Source of the DNA: Vicugna vicugna | Taxonomy: Eukaryota | Reading direction: 5' to 3' | DNA length: 60,000 nucleotides | NCBI GenBank assembly: GCA_013265495.1 | Contig: MU057887.1 | Location: 1,439,985 to 1,499,984 of the forward strand | Part shown: one piece after another, positions 10,494 to 22,071 of the stretch | Numbering within the stretch: the first letter of the stretch is position 1 | Layout of the letters: each line of letters begins with the position of its first letter | The notes under the pieces: model-generated | What the model was told of the DNA's origin: nothing | Databases searched by the model: none | Seen by the model: the letters and a program-made list of their open reading frames with translations, nothing else | Made by a program: the position numbers and the translations under genes

Positions 10494-11750
10494 GGCCCGG
10501 AGCCCGAGCCCGAGCCGGGCGCCCGAGCACAATCCATGCACCCGGCGCGGCTCCGCATCCACCCGGCGCTGCCGGGGGGCGGCTCCCGCGCGCCCGGTGC
10601 CGGGCCCTCCGGACGGCTCGCGCCCCGCCTCCCCGGGGGCCCTGGCTGGGACACCGGGGACCGGGCTCCCGGTCTCCCCTGCAGCTTCCACTTCGAGAGC
10701 ACTTTGCGAAAGTTTTCGAAGTAGGTTTCAAGATGGCTCCTCCGCGCGTCCCGAGAGGGCGCTGCGCATCAACCTGCGGTGGTGGCGGCTTTCGGTGGCT
10801 CCAGGTGGCTCCCGCGCGGAATCGGCCGGGCGGCGTGGGAAGCGGGACGGGCCTGGAGCGGGACGAGGGCTGCGCTCCCGGAGCGGGTTGGGCCGCTCCG
10901 CGCCGCTCAGACCCCGGCGGCCGGCTGCAGCCTGGGCGGTGCGCTCTGCCCGCGCCCCCAGCGCCCGCGCTCTCCCCGCCCCCGGCCCGGCCCGGCCCCG
11001 CCCCCGGCCCCGCTGCGTATTGTTCAGCCCCGGGGGGAGCTGGCCTGGAGGTGCGCGCCGGGAGGATCGCTATGGAGACGCGGGGGCGCAGCCTTGGCGG
11101 GGGCCCGGGGCCGGGCCCACTCTCCTGCGGCCTCCCCACCAGGCCTCCCTGGGGGGCGGAGCCCAGGGAGCCGGGCTGGGCGAAGGCCGGCTAGGGGGCT
11201 CGGTGCGGCTACTACCAGTCGGGCGGTGGCTCCACTCGTCCGGTGCTGAGCGCAGCCAAAGCCCCCCACCTCACCCCACCCCGGCCAACACTGATTCGAG
11301 AGACCGCCTCCCCCGCCGCCTCTCTAGTTAGAGCCAGGAGGAGAGGGAGGGGTGCGGAGGTGCCGGGAAGGGGACCGGGTCTCCCCTCGGCTGTTGCTGG
11401 GGGCGATTACACATTTACAGCAAAAATGCCGGAGGCTGAGGTGCTTTATCCGACAAAACTTCCCTGGACTTTGAAACCCTATAGGCAACTAACCAGATTC
11501 GGGTCCCACTTGGTTTAAAACGAACTTTTAAACGAAAAGAAAAACAGGCCGGTTGACACTTGGAACTTGAATCGGGGACGGCGGAAACGAGCTCGTCTCC
11601 CGCGTATGCGGCCCGCCTGAGCGCTCAGTTCGTGGACGCGCCGTCCCGGCCCGGGGCCTCCCCGCTGGCTACTGCCGAAGCGAGGCGGGAGCGTTGGCCC
11701 TGCAGGCGGCGTGGGGCGGGGAACCACCTGAGTGCGGGGTAGGGGTGGGG
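9600..11750 (-). promoter_or_regulatory. CELSR1: CpG island: CELSR1 promoter and 5' UTR
   Basis: Very high GC and CpG density spanning the start codon, with multiple GC boxes (e.g. ccccgccc near 10975-11005 and ggggcgg near 11155). The exact TSS cannot be read from sequence. Confidence 0.9.
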
Positions 11751-12208
11751 TCTCAGAACTGTACGCCAGCACCCCTTCTCCGTCCCCCACCCGATCTCCT
11801 GCAGGGAACAGATCGGGGTGGCGCTTTAGAACTAAGCAACACCTGCCCCACGTCCTGCGGGACACAGCCTTTGTGTACGGTGGGGGCTGTTACTACTGCA
11901 AGACACTCGTCCTCCGGCGGGGCTTTAGGACTCTGCCACCGCGGGGTGAGGAGGTGCACTTGTTCTCCGTAGAGCTCTGGGTGCCAGAACCCACTCCAGC
12001 TCCTCGGCCTCCCAGGGGTCGGGGACAGTGGGGGGCGGAGCAGAATCCCTCCTTCCGACAAGGCCCCTCCTAGTCCCAGCAGCAATAGAGGTGGGAACTG
12101 TTGCGCACTGTGCTAGAGCGGGTTTTTCTGACAAGGGAGACGGCGGCTGCATTTCCAAGCTGAGCGCAAGTAGGTGTGGAGCTGGGTCACAAGAAATGAA
12201 CAACTTGA

Positions 12209-12284
12209 GGGGAGGGTATAGCTCAGTGGTAGAGCGCGTGCTTAGCATGCACGAGGTCCTGGGTTCAATCCCCAGTGCCTCCGT

Positions 12285-12325
<41 letters not shown>

Positions 12326-12370
12326 GTAAACCTAATCCCCCCCCCGCAAGGAAAAAAACAACAAAAAGAA
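12209..12370 (+). mobile_element. tRNA-Ala-derived camelid SINE (vic-1-like), little diverged
   Basis: ggggagggtatagctcagtggtagagcgcgtgcttagcatgcacgaggtcctgggttcaatccccagtgcctcc, then (AAAT)n, aaacctaat, C-run and A-rich tail. Confidence 0.9.
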
Positions 12371-14939
12371 AGGTGGAAGTAAACTCAGCCAATATTACTT
12401 AAACAATGTCTTCGGGCTGAAGCCAAATATGAGCATTCTCTCCCCATTAGCAAAGACTTGAAGTTGTTGTTATTGACAGAAAAGATAGATTTGCTTTGGA
12501 ACCTTTTAACCTGGGAGTTTCCGCTGGCAAGCCCTGTAGGGAAATGTGTGTGGAGAGAGGGGAGGAGGGAGAAGAGTCCATCCCTTCACAGCGACCGTCC
12601 AGGCCATCCCCTGACTGCCCTTCGTTTTTCTGGGGAGGGTCAGAGGGCAGGAGTTTTTAGGTCAGAAAGGCAGGGAGGACCCTCCCCCTCCCAGCCTCCC
12701 AGTGGAAAGCTCCTAGCCAGAGTGAAGGGGACCCACACTGGAGAACCTCTGGGGTGCTTATTTCGCAAGAAGACTTTAAATAGGGTGGGTTGGGTTTAAA
12801 TAAACAAAAGATTCTGTTGCACTGCACTTGGTTTTTGAAAATTCAAATGCAGTGAATGAGTTTGGGTGTGAGCAAGCTTTCCTGGAATAAGACACCTGCC
12901 AGCCGCAAGGTAAACCGCAGGGGCCGCCTACACCACTTCCTGGTCCCAGAGACTGGGAGGGGAACACAGGGACAGGCCTCGCCAACAGGGCGTCCAGCAA
13001 AAGGCTCAGAGACACGTGATGGTTCCGTCCACACGCAGGTCGGAAGCAGGCCACCCCACCACACGGTTTAGAATGCACACCGGCAGAGGGAAGATTAAGA
13101 AAAGCAAGCAGATGATGTGAGTGTGGTCAGGAGGAGGCTGGGGAGCGGGGGATACCCGCTGTAGATCTGCAGGTTATCGGAGTGTTGCCTTCCAGTCTTA
13201 CATGGAGCAGTACGCACATGCTTTATGTACTTTTCTCTATGCTGCGGTCCACAATTTTAAAGAGTGGGTTGGGAGGAAGGAATTAAAAACAGGCTGCAGC
13301 TTGTGATGTGACCGCAGGGAGATCCAGTTGTTTCCGAGGAACAGAAATCACGAATCTGAAACGGCTGCATCTTAGAAGAGTCAAGTTCCAATTCTGCCAC
13401 TACCTGGCTACATGAGCTTCTCCAGGGTCTAACTCCTCATCTGACTGGAGATAACAAGATTCTAAATTCCTGGATTGTTGGAGGAATAGTGAGATCTGTG
13501 TAGAGGATGGCTCAGGCCTGGCTCAGACGCAGACCTACTACAGGTAACCTTTACTGTCCCCAAGTCACTGTCAAGGATCGCAAGATCACAGGGCTTATTC
13601 AGTGTCTCCAGTGAATGGTCGAAATTGCTAATTAAATGGTGCATGCACCGTCCTTCGTTATGGAGTGGCAGGGCTGGGGCAATCATCTGATTTCCCAGGA
13701 GGTCTGTGCTTGGCCACTGATCAGGTCCGCCCAGAGTGTTCACATAAAGGGAACCCAGCCCAGGAGGGGAAGGCAGGTGCTTGGGGCTACAGGAAGGGTG
13801 TGGCATTGTGGTGGCCTGTCCAGGACCACTGAAGGGGCTATGTTCTGTTCCCCTGCCCTGCTCCCTTGGGGGTGGCTCAAAGCAGTGCTGTCGCCTCGGT
13901 CTCCCTGAGAGCCACTGGCAGGGAAGAGGCTGCACGTCTAATGCTGTCTGTGGGCCAGGAGTCGCTGCCACCCTCCTCGGGCTCAGTGAATTGTGATTGA
14001 TGTTTCTGTTTTGCGTGCACCCCTGAGGTGTTTCACATGAAGCAATTGCTTTTAAAAAATAAAAATAGAATTTTTTAAAGGTAGGAGTTGTGGGTTTCTA
14101 GTGTTGTACATGTTCTAAAAAGCAGCTCAAAACACTTTTTGCCAGGGGCTCAAACCAGAGCCCACATGAATTCTGGAATCTGTTCCTTACACAGTAAATT
14201 CCTGGGCCAATCTTTAAACAGCGAGGAGCTCCAAGAAACACCCCATTGGTGAAAGCGGGAAAGCAAGTCCGGGCCTGGGCCCCTTGTTACCCTTTTTTTT
14301 GGAATTCAGAGGGAGAACCCTCTTGGGGACGGAATTCATCACGCCCCCTTCTCTCCCTGGTGCCCCTCCCCTTTGGTGGGTCTGACTTGTGGAAAATCGT
14401 GAAAGTTAAAACATGGAGCAGAATCAGGACCTTGACTTAGTCGGAGTGTTAATAGAAGCAAGGGGGTGGAGGAAATTTAGATCCTAACGGAGCCCATTTT
14501 AAGTACCAGAGCGTCCCTGAGAGACCCAGATAACGTAATGACAAAAAGGAAAATTGCTTTCTGCTTGGAAGTTGCAGAGCCTTCCCAATACCAGTGCTAG
14601 GACTTCTGGACTCCCAGGCCCCTGGGCTGGGCTGGGCTGTGTGGCCTCAGGGGCCCCTGGGTGACAGTCCTTCCAGGGAAGCCAGCTTCGATAGGTGTTG
14701 CCTGAGAGGTCACACCTGCCCACCTGTGCTGGCCCCATCCCTGACAGGCCTCAGCCCTGGAAAGTTCTGGAAGGCTCTGGAAGCTGGCATGGGCAGGGCT
14801 TGGAGTCCCAGCCTCCAGACTGACACAGCTCGGTGCTGTGAGCATGGGGTGATGGATACAGGTCTGGTGTCTCGAGTTGCCACGACATTTCTGGGGAGCC
14901 TGGGGGCAGGGCGGGGGACAAGGTGTCTGGCCTCTACCA

Positions 14940-15300
14940 TCGGCCCCCCTCCCCACACCGGGCGGGTTCCGGAGAGGCCCGCCCAGGCCCGCCTCAGGCT
15001 GCACTGACCCCTAGTGGCCAAGCAGAGTCTCTGCCCGACCCGAGACGTGCCCGCCAAGCCCGGGCTGTGAGCCGGCGGCAGGGACCGCGAGAGCTCCGGG
15101 CGGGGCGCGCAGCCCCGGGAGCGGGCGGCGCCAGCTGGCCCCGAGCGGGCCGGGCTGCCCGGGGCTCCCGGGGCTGCAGGCCGAGGGGCCCAGCTCTGCA
15201 GGACGCCGGGCAGACCGCGGCTCAGAGCTCACAGCATGGGGCTGGGCTCCCGCGGGACTCAAGCTGGGTCTCCTCCCCCCCGGCCTGGTCACCAACCCCC
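14940..15300. promoter_or_regulatory. Small orphan CpG island with a CTCF-like motif at 15001-15020
   Basis: Dense CpG; the reverse complement of 15001-15020 is TGGCCACTAGGGGTCAGTGC. Confidence 0.65.
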
Positions 15301-15669
15301 GAGAATGACCGGAGCTGGCAGACGGGGGAGCTCCAAATCCAGCCCTGAGCACCCGGAGGGCCCAGGGGCTGCATCTGGGGGAGACGGCTGGTCCAAACGG
15401 GGCTCCCCAAAACAGGGACGCCTCAAATGTCAGGAACTGGGCCACGCAGGAGACTGTTTCGTGCACGATGGGGAAGGGGGCAAAGACACCACCGGAAGGT
15501 CCAGCACTTCGCCAGAGTCCACGGCGGGAGACGTCCGTATTCTGTCATTACTATTGCCATCATTGTTGTCCTGCCTGCCCCCACACACGTAAACAGCGTC
15601 ACGAAGCCAATGCGGGGAAGCACTGTTGCCTTATTTTGATGATTTTTCTCCTCCACATACTTCTCTTCC

Positions 15670-16545
15670 TTTTTTTTTTTGAAATGTATTTTACAGATTC
15701 ATCTTGTTTTAAATGTACAATTCAGTAAGCCAGAAAGAGAAAGAAAAATGCCATATGAGATATCACTTACATGTGAGATCTAAAAGAAAAGGACACAGAT
15801 GAACTTCTTATTACTTGTAGCTTAGGTGATCGATTTCTTCAATATGTATGAACACATCTGACTGTCCTTCATGACTGCATTACCGCGTTCTGTTGATCCT
15901 TATTTTGTTGTTGGCTTTATTCCTCTGATAACTATGTAAGTTTAAAAAGCTAAAGCTCTAAACTGCCCTTAGAAACAGTGAACAGTATAGATAAGTAAAT
16001 TTTAAAAATAGGTGCAGTGTATTGTGTGTATGTATTTAAATGCAATATATTGTCTATGCGCAGATTGCATCAGTTTTACCTAATAAAACTGAAAAGTGAA
16101 AAAAATTAAAGCTAAAAAATAAATATAATATACAACTCTGTGCTTTTTAGTGTATTCACAAAGTTGTGCCACCATCACCACTGTTTAATTCCAAAACATT
16201 TCCATCGCCCTGGAGAGAAGCCCCAAACCCATTTGCGGTCACTCCCAATTCTCTCCTTGGCCCCGTCCCCTAGCAAACGCAAATCCACTTTCTGTCTCTA
16301 TGGTTTTGCCTCTTCCAGACATTTCATATCAATGGAGTCACACAATACGTGGCCTTTTGTATCTGGCTCCTTCCCTGCAACACAATGTTTCCAAAGATCC
16401 CCTAGGTTGAGGCTTGTGTCATTGCTTTGTCCCTGTTTTTGGCTGAGTAATATTCCATTGTGTGACTGGGCCACGCTTTGTTTATCCATTCATTGCCTGA
16501 TGGATATTTGGGTTGTTTCTACTTGTTGACTATTTTGAATAACCT
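15670..16545 (-). mobile_element. Old L1 (L1MB-like) 3' end, split by a younger insertion at 15727-16126
   Basis: T-run then aaatgtacaattcagt...[insert]...gctttttagtgtattcacaaagttgtgccaccatcaccact...ccaaaacattt...atggagtcacacaatacgtggcc...ggatatttgggttgtttc, typical of an antisense L1 3' UTR. Confidence 0.8.
15727..16126 (+). mobile_element. Retroposed insertion: ~80-bp L1 3'-UTR-like head, ~290-bp AT-rich body, AATAAA and degenerate A tail, flanked by ~15-bp TSDs
   Basis: TSD aatgtacaattcagt (15712-15726) / aatatacaactctgt (16127-16141); TTTT/AA target at 15707-15712; aataaa at 16082. Confidence 0.7.
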
Positions 16546-16879
16546 CCTTCCAAGTGGAGAGAGAAAAAAGCAAGGCACTTCTCTCTGCAAGAATGCACAC
16601 AAAATCTTTTTTGAAATTGTTCTTACTGTTCGCATTGTTTTGACAATGTGACTACAACCATGCTGTCATCAGTGGCTTGCAGGGGACTTTCTTTGGGGAC
16701 TTTCCTCAATTTCTGCTAGGTACAGGGAGGGCACTGAAGGACTAGGGTGAGGCTGGGAAGCTAGTGGCCTCTGTTTTTCTGCTCTCTCCCCATTGCCATC
16801 CAGGGCCTCCTGCCCCCAGCAGCCACCGGTGGAGGATCTGCCAGCTGCCTGGTACCCTGCCCCGGCTTCCCACTTCCCT

Positions 16880-17540
16880 TCATGCATTCTTCATTAAATA
16901 TCCCCTCAACATCATGCTGAACGCAACAGGCAATGCCCTGACCTCATGGAGAGATTATTCTCGTGGGAGAATTCAGTCAACATAAAGAAACATTCTTCTT
17001 CAGGTGAAGGAAATACAGTGGAACAATGGAGAGAGTGGTGGGTGGGCTATTTGGGGGAGGTGATCTGGAAAGGCCTCCTGGCCAGGTGACAAAGGGGCAG
17101 AGGCTGAAGGGGCCCAGGCCTTGGGAACATCTGGGGAAAGCACATTCAAGGCAGGAAAGTCAGCAAAGGCCCTGAGGCAGGAGTGTGTGTGCTGGGACAT
17201 TTGAGGCTGGTGTGCGTGGAGGAAGAGAGTGGCAGGAGTCACGTGGGCCGCGGCCAGGGCTATGGTTTTTCTTGTGCATCTGATGGGAAGGCACCAGGCA
17301 GCTGAGAGCAGGGAGAGCAGGGAGGTGATGCACAATTTCAAACCGTCACTCTGGCTGGTTGGAGGTGGATGGAAAGGGCTTGGGAGGCCATGGCACAGGC
17401 ACCCTGAGCCAGACCAGTGGGGAACGTGGAGGAGGGAGATGTGGTCGGATCTGAGCCGGGGTTTGGAGGGGAGTCAGCAAGACTTGCCCGTGGACTGGAA
17501 GTGGGTGGTGAAAGCAACAGAGACACCAGGTTTCCCCCAA
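16880..17540 (-). mobile_element. L2 fragment
   Basis: catctggggaaagcacattcaaggcagg...cagcaaaggccctgaggcagg...gatgggaaggcac...cagcaagacttgcc typical of antisense L2. Confidence 0.7.
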
Positions 17541-17979
17541 AAGCTGGGCCCAGAGACACGGCAATCAGTAATCCAGGCCCCCTCCCTCCCTCCCCACCTC
17601 CACGCCTCCTTCTCTGAGACCCTCCGTCTCCACTGAAGGGCCCCGGTGCCTCAGCCCGCACGCTCGGGTGGGGAAGTGTCTGGTGAGAACCACTGCGTGC
17701 GGCTCCGCTCAGGGGCCGCGGGAAGGTGGAGACAGGAGAAGCCCTGTGTCTCCCTCTGGAAGCTCCCACCTCCCCGTGTCCCTTTTGGAGGGAAGGGGGG
17801 CCAGGAGATACCCCTCCTTGTGTTTTTCTGTTACTCAACTTGCAAAACTTTCCCTGAGTGTAGGGTAGACGGTGGGCAAGATGATTCCTTTAGTGACACT
17901 GCCAGAACGGGGGAGACCCAGGTAAGGTAAAGACAGCTCCCGGGTCGTAATTATACACCCTCTAAAAAATAATAAAGGC

Positions 17980-18095
17980 AGGGAGGGCAGAGCTCAGTGG
18001 TAGAGCACATGCTTAGCACGCACGAGGTCCTGGGTTCAATCCTCGGTACCTCCATTAAATAAAACAAAACAAAACAAAACAAAAACAAGAACAAA
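17980..18095 (+). mobile_element. tRNA-Ala-derived camelid SINE
   Basis: gggagggcagagctcagtggtagagcacatgcttagcacgcacgaggtcctgggttcaatcc with an (AAAAC)n tail. Confidence 0.88.
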
Positions 18096-19379
18096 GGAAG
18101 CTCTCTGCCCAGGGTCACAAAGCCTGGAGGCAGCCCTGTCCCTCTCCCGCTCGTCTGCGTGGTCCCCTTCCCAGGACCTCGGAGACAAAAGCATGTGGCA
18201 GGGCAGGGGGTGACACCCATGAAGGCCACGACCCCAGGGAGCAGTGGCTGAGAGACCGCCGCTGTTTTTGCCATCCCTGTGCTGGAATGCCCGCTGGCCC
18301 CAGTGCCCTAGCAGCACTCAGCACCAGAGTCCAGCCGTCCGCTGCGTGATGCGTCAGAAACAGAGTACAGGCCTCCCGGCTCAGGTCACCCAGAGGCGGT
18401 AGGGAGCAGCCACTCCGAAATGCTAGGACGGGCCATAGGGCAGAGGGCTCCCCCGTCCACCAGGCGAAGCCTGACCCCCAGCCCGCTGGAAGGAGCCATC
18501 CCTCTGCTTCCCCTGGGGCCTGGGTTGAAGGCCATCTGGCCTTGAAGGGAACCCCAAATTCCAGGGAGCATGGGAACTTTGACAGCTGGCGACTAGGGGA
18601 TGAGGGACCTGACCGAGACCTGTGTGGCTCTGGCCCTGAGAAGCCACCAACAGCAAGGGGCTCTGGGCCATCAGTCTTGCCATAAAGAAGAGACGAGCTA
18701 AGGAAATCCTTTTTCCATCGACGCCACTTCCTCGCTGGAGTCAGTCGAGATGCTCAAGGGAGAAGCCAGCCTGAGGTTCTAGGGGCTCTCCGAGTCATCT
18801 GGGCCATGCAGGGACACAGCGGGGGGCACTGGCCCTTACCCGGGCAGCAGGCGAGCCCCGGGGCCCCCCAGCCCTGTCGGCGGAGGAGGGCGCCCCACCA
18901 GGGCCGGGTGATGAGTCACGTGCCGCGGGAAACTGGTGAGCATGCTGAGATCTGCAGCTCCTCAGAGGGAGCAGACCCCGCCCAGATCAAAAGGAAAGAA
19001 GATGGATGAGGACACTAAAAATAGGCTAGAGCCAGCGGGCAGCCTCCAGGAGGCCGGGGGTGTGTCCGGCACCTCTTTTCTGGGTACTCACGAAGCCAAG
19101 AAGCTCCAGATCCAGATGCCATCAGTGGCACGCTGCCATCTGCTTCAGGGGGGCGGGAGGACGAGGAGGGACTGTTGGCAGAGCGTTTGGTCCCTGCAAG
19201 TTTCAACTTCTGTCAAAATGGGTTAATTTGGTTGCTTTGCATGATTCAAGGCACACCTGCTTCTCTGTCCACAAAATTTGCTCATTCACTCATGCACCCA
19301 GAAAAATGGGTTTGGCTGGCTTTTTCCAACTTGCAAAAGCAGAAGAGAAATAGACCATCGTGTATGTTGGAGGGCGGGT

Positions 19380-19600
19380 ATTGCTGAGGGATGAGATTGG
19401 GGTGGGGCAAGGATTGGAGAGGAGGCCAGAGGTGGGCAGGGACTGGATTAAGGAGTCTGGTTGTTCACTGCAGACAATGGGAATTTTAAGCTGTGGACGG
19501 ACAGGATCAGGCGTGCAGTTTAGAACAGGGACAGCTGTGAGAGTAGCAAGATCGATTGACAAGCCCGATGCCCACGGTGAGGTGGTGCCCAGGTGCAGAT
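19380..19600 (-). mobile_element. L2 fragment
   Basis: gaggccagaggtgggcaggg...taaggagtctgg...gaattttaagc...gatcaggcgtgcagtttagaa pattern. Confidence 0.5.
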
Positions 19601-19859
19601 GCTGCTCCCTACCCTGAAAGGGCACGTGCCTACAACACAAGGGGCACCAGCCTGGGGCACGTGAGAGGTGGGTCATCCCAAAGCCCCACCCAGGAGCTTC
19701 CTTGGGTCAGGGAGCAGGCTACCTGCCTCAGGGCAGCCAGTCCTCAAAGCTCTGCTCCCTTATCTTTCTCACAGACAGAAATTCCATCATTTGTGAGTCA
19801 CTCCTTTGACTAGCACCTTACTCACTGGTCCACTGTGAAAGGTAGCCCCTCAGGAGGCC

Positions 19860-20150
19860 AGTGTGGCGGTTGATGGATAGAGAGCTGGACCTGGCAGAAG
19901 CAGCCTGGAGAGTTCCAATCCTGCTGCTCTCCAGCTGTGCACCCAGGAAGAGTGCCATCTCTGTTTCTATCTCTGTAAAGGGGGTGCGATGGCATCTAAC
20001 CTGGCTTTTGCCCACCTCATTGAGAACTTGCCACTCCTCAGTTCTATTACTGTGACGGTACTGCCTGGCGGGAAGCCTCATCCGTGTGGAAAGGGGCTCA
20101 GAGAGGCTGGGCGACTTGCCGAGGGTCACACAGCAGGAACTGGCTCAAAG
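19860..20150. mobile_element. Degenerate MIR fragments (both orientations)
   Basis: ccagctgtgcacccaggaag...tctgtttctatctctgtaaag and aggggctcagagaggctgggcgacttgccgagggtcacacagc. Confidence 0.55.
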
Positions 20151-22071
20151 CCCCTCTCTGCCCCCTTCACCTCGGGCCACTCTGGAGCCCACAACCCTAT
20201 CATAAAAGAGTTTTGCAAATAGCCCCACAGGCTAGATTCCCCACCCCCTGCTCCCCCGCTGCGGGCTCTGCTAGGGCCAGGCTGAGTTTCTGGTTTTCAT
20301 GAGAAGGCGGGAAGCCGTCCTCTGGGGAACCACAGCAGCCAGAAGCCCCCACTCCCCCACCCCAGCAAGGCGAAGATGACCCTGTCCTTTGGTAGCGGGG
20401 GAAACTGAGTGTCTGGTCTGCGACAGAAATAAAGCCAAGGGGCCTGAGGGCCTCGTGGAGTGTGTAAAGCTCTCTTGCCGATTGTCCCCCTGGAACTCAG
20501 AGCCTCCGCGCAGACGAGGCTTCTCTCTGCCTGAGGAGCCTGTTGTGGAGGAGGTGGGGCATCCCTGGGACAGCTCTCCCAGCCCAGGAACCCAGCCCCT
20601 CCCCCTCCACGGAGCCCCCAGCAGGCAGTGGGGGGCCTGGTGCTCAGCGCCCACCTTCAGGCCATGGGGCTTGCAGAGAGCACAGGGACCACAGTCAAGG
20701 GGACACACGCCCCCGCCCTGCCCACCCCGCCCCTTGAGGGAGGAGGGCAGATGCGTAGGTTGCCCCCAGTGCAGGCCCCAGGTCTCGGGAGCACTGCTGA
20801 GTGGCAGTCTCCTAGGCTGGGCCCCCAAAGCAGGGCTGGGGGGAAGCTCCCTGAACCCAAGGGGTCCAGACAGGCTGACCAGCCCATCATCAGAGGGTCC
20901 CTGCCAGGCCTCCCCCTCAGGGACATCTGCTGAGTCATCTGGGTCTCAGGATGATTCCTGCTCTGCAAATGATTTCTGAGAGCCTGCTGGGTGCCAGGCT
21001 TGGTGGCAGGGGTGTCGCAGAGCCGGGGCGGCCGTTTTCCCCTGGTCCGTCTGAAGGTGGAGGGAGCTGAGGCAGGAAGGAGGTCGTTCCAGAAGGTTCT
21101 GCCCATCATAACACTGGGGTGGAAGGTGGATTGCCAGGGACGTGGGTCTCCTTAGAGGGTGAGCAGACACCCGAGGTGTGCAGAAGTGGGCTGCAGGGAG
21201 AAGGTGGGCTGCGGGAGGACTGGGTGTGCTCCTGACGCTGGGGGGATGTGCACCAGAAGGGCCTCACCGGCTCGGAGCAGCCCAGCCAAGCCCCGTGGGA
21301 CAGAACTTTGACTTTTCTGGACCCCGGTCACACCTCTATTTTTGCGTGAAGGGTGACATGGTAACAAATCAGGGTCCTTCTAGGGAATAAGAGGGGACTG
21401 GACCCCATACTTTGGGGTCCAAAAAACCTCCCTCTGAATGTCTTGGCACAGAGAACGTGCAAACTCTTTGCTGAGCCCTCCTTCCTCCAGGTGTCCTCGG
21501 GAGCCCCTCCCCAGGGCAGAGTGGGCGCAGGACAGAGGCAGGTCATGACGTCAGACCCTCAGGTCCCTCCCCATCTCTGCCCCTCCTTCTCAGTTTCTGG
21601 GCTTTGGAAGGGACAGTGCGGCCGTGTGACCACCTCCTCCGCCTCCGGTCCAGTGTGCCCCGGAGGCCCCGGTGCCCAGCTACCTGGCTCCCACTGGCAT
21701 TGGCAGGTGGGGAGCTGGTTTCCTGCTGGCCCAGCCTGGCCCCTGTTTGCCCAGAACTTCGGAGCCTCTTTCTCCTTCTCCTTCTCCTCCACCTGTGACT
21801 TCCCTTCTCCTTGGCGTGAGCCCCACCTGCCACCAGCACGAGCCCCTGCCAGCCCCGCCCGTCTCCCAGCCCCGTCTGGGTCCCGGGCCCACATGAACGT
21901 CCCATAGTGGGCTAGGCTGCAGGAGCAGTTCTCAGAGAGCGGGGCCTCGCTGTGACTCCAACTGAGACCCCAGATGTGGCCCTGGCCCTGCAAGGGGTGG
22001 AGGGTCACAGTGGCTCAGAACCTGGCTTGGGTGTGTGACACAGAGACCTGAGCTTGGATGCAGGGTCCGCA

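Noticed and set aside
10494..10691. 66-codon N-terminal extension of the 1323-aa ORF
   Set aside because: It starts at GTG; the signal peptide and strong Kozak ATG are at 10493, so this is most likely 5' UTR.
7108..11331. Long alternative-frame and antisense ORFs over CELSR1 exon 1 and its CpG island (398, 475, 350 and 279 aa)
   Set aside because: Shadows of GC-rich coding and CpG-island sequence that is poor in stop codons; no recognisable domains.
4204..18095. tRNA-Ala genes at ~4207, ~12212 and ~17982
   Set aside because: Shared GGGGAGGG head, A-rich SINE tails and dispersed divergent copies indicate SINEs rather than tRNA genes.
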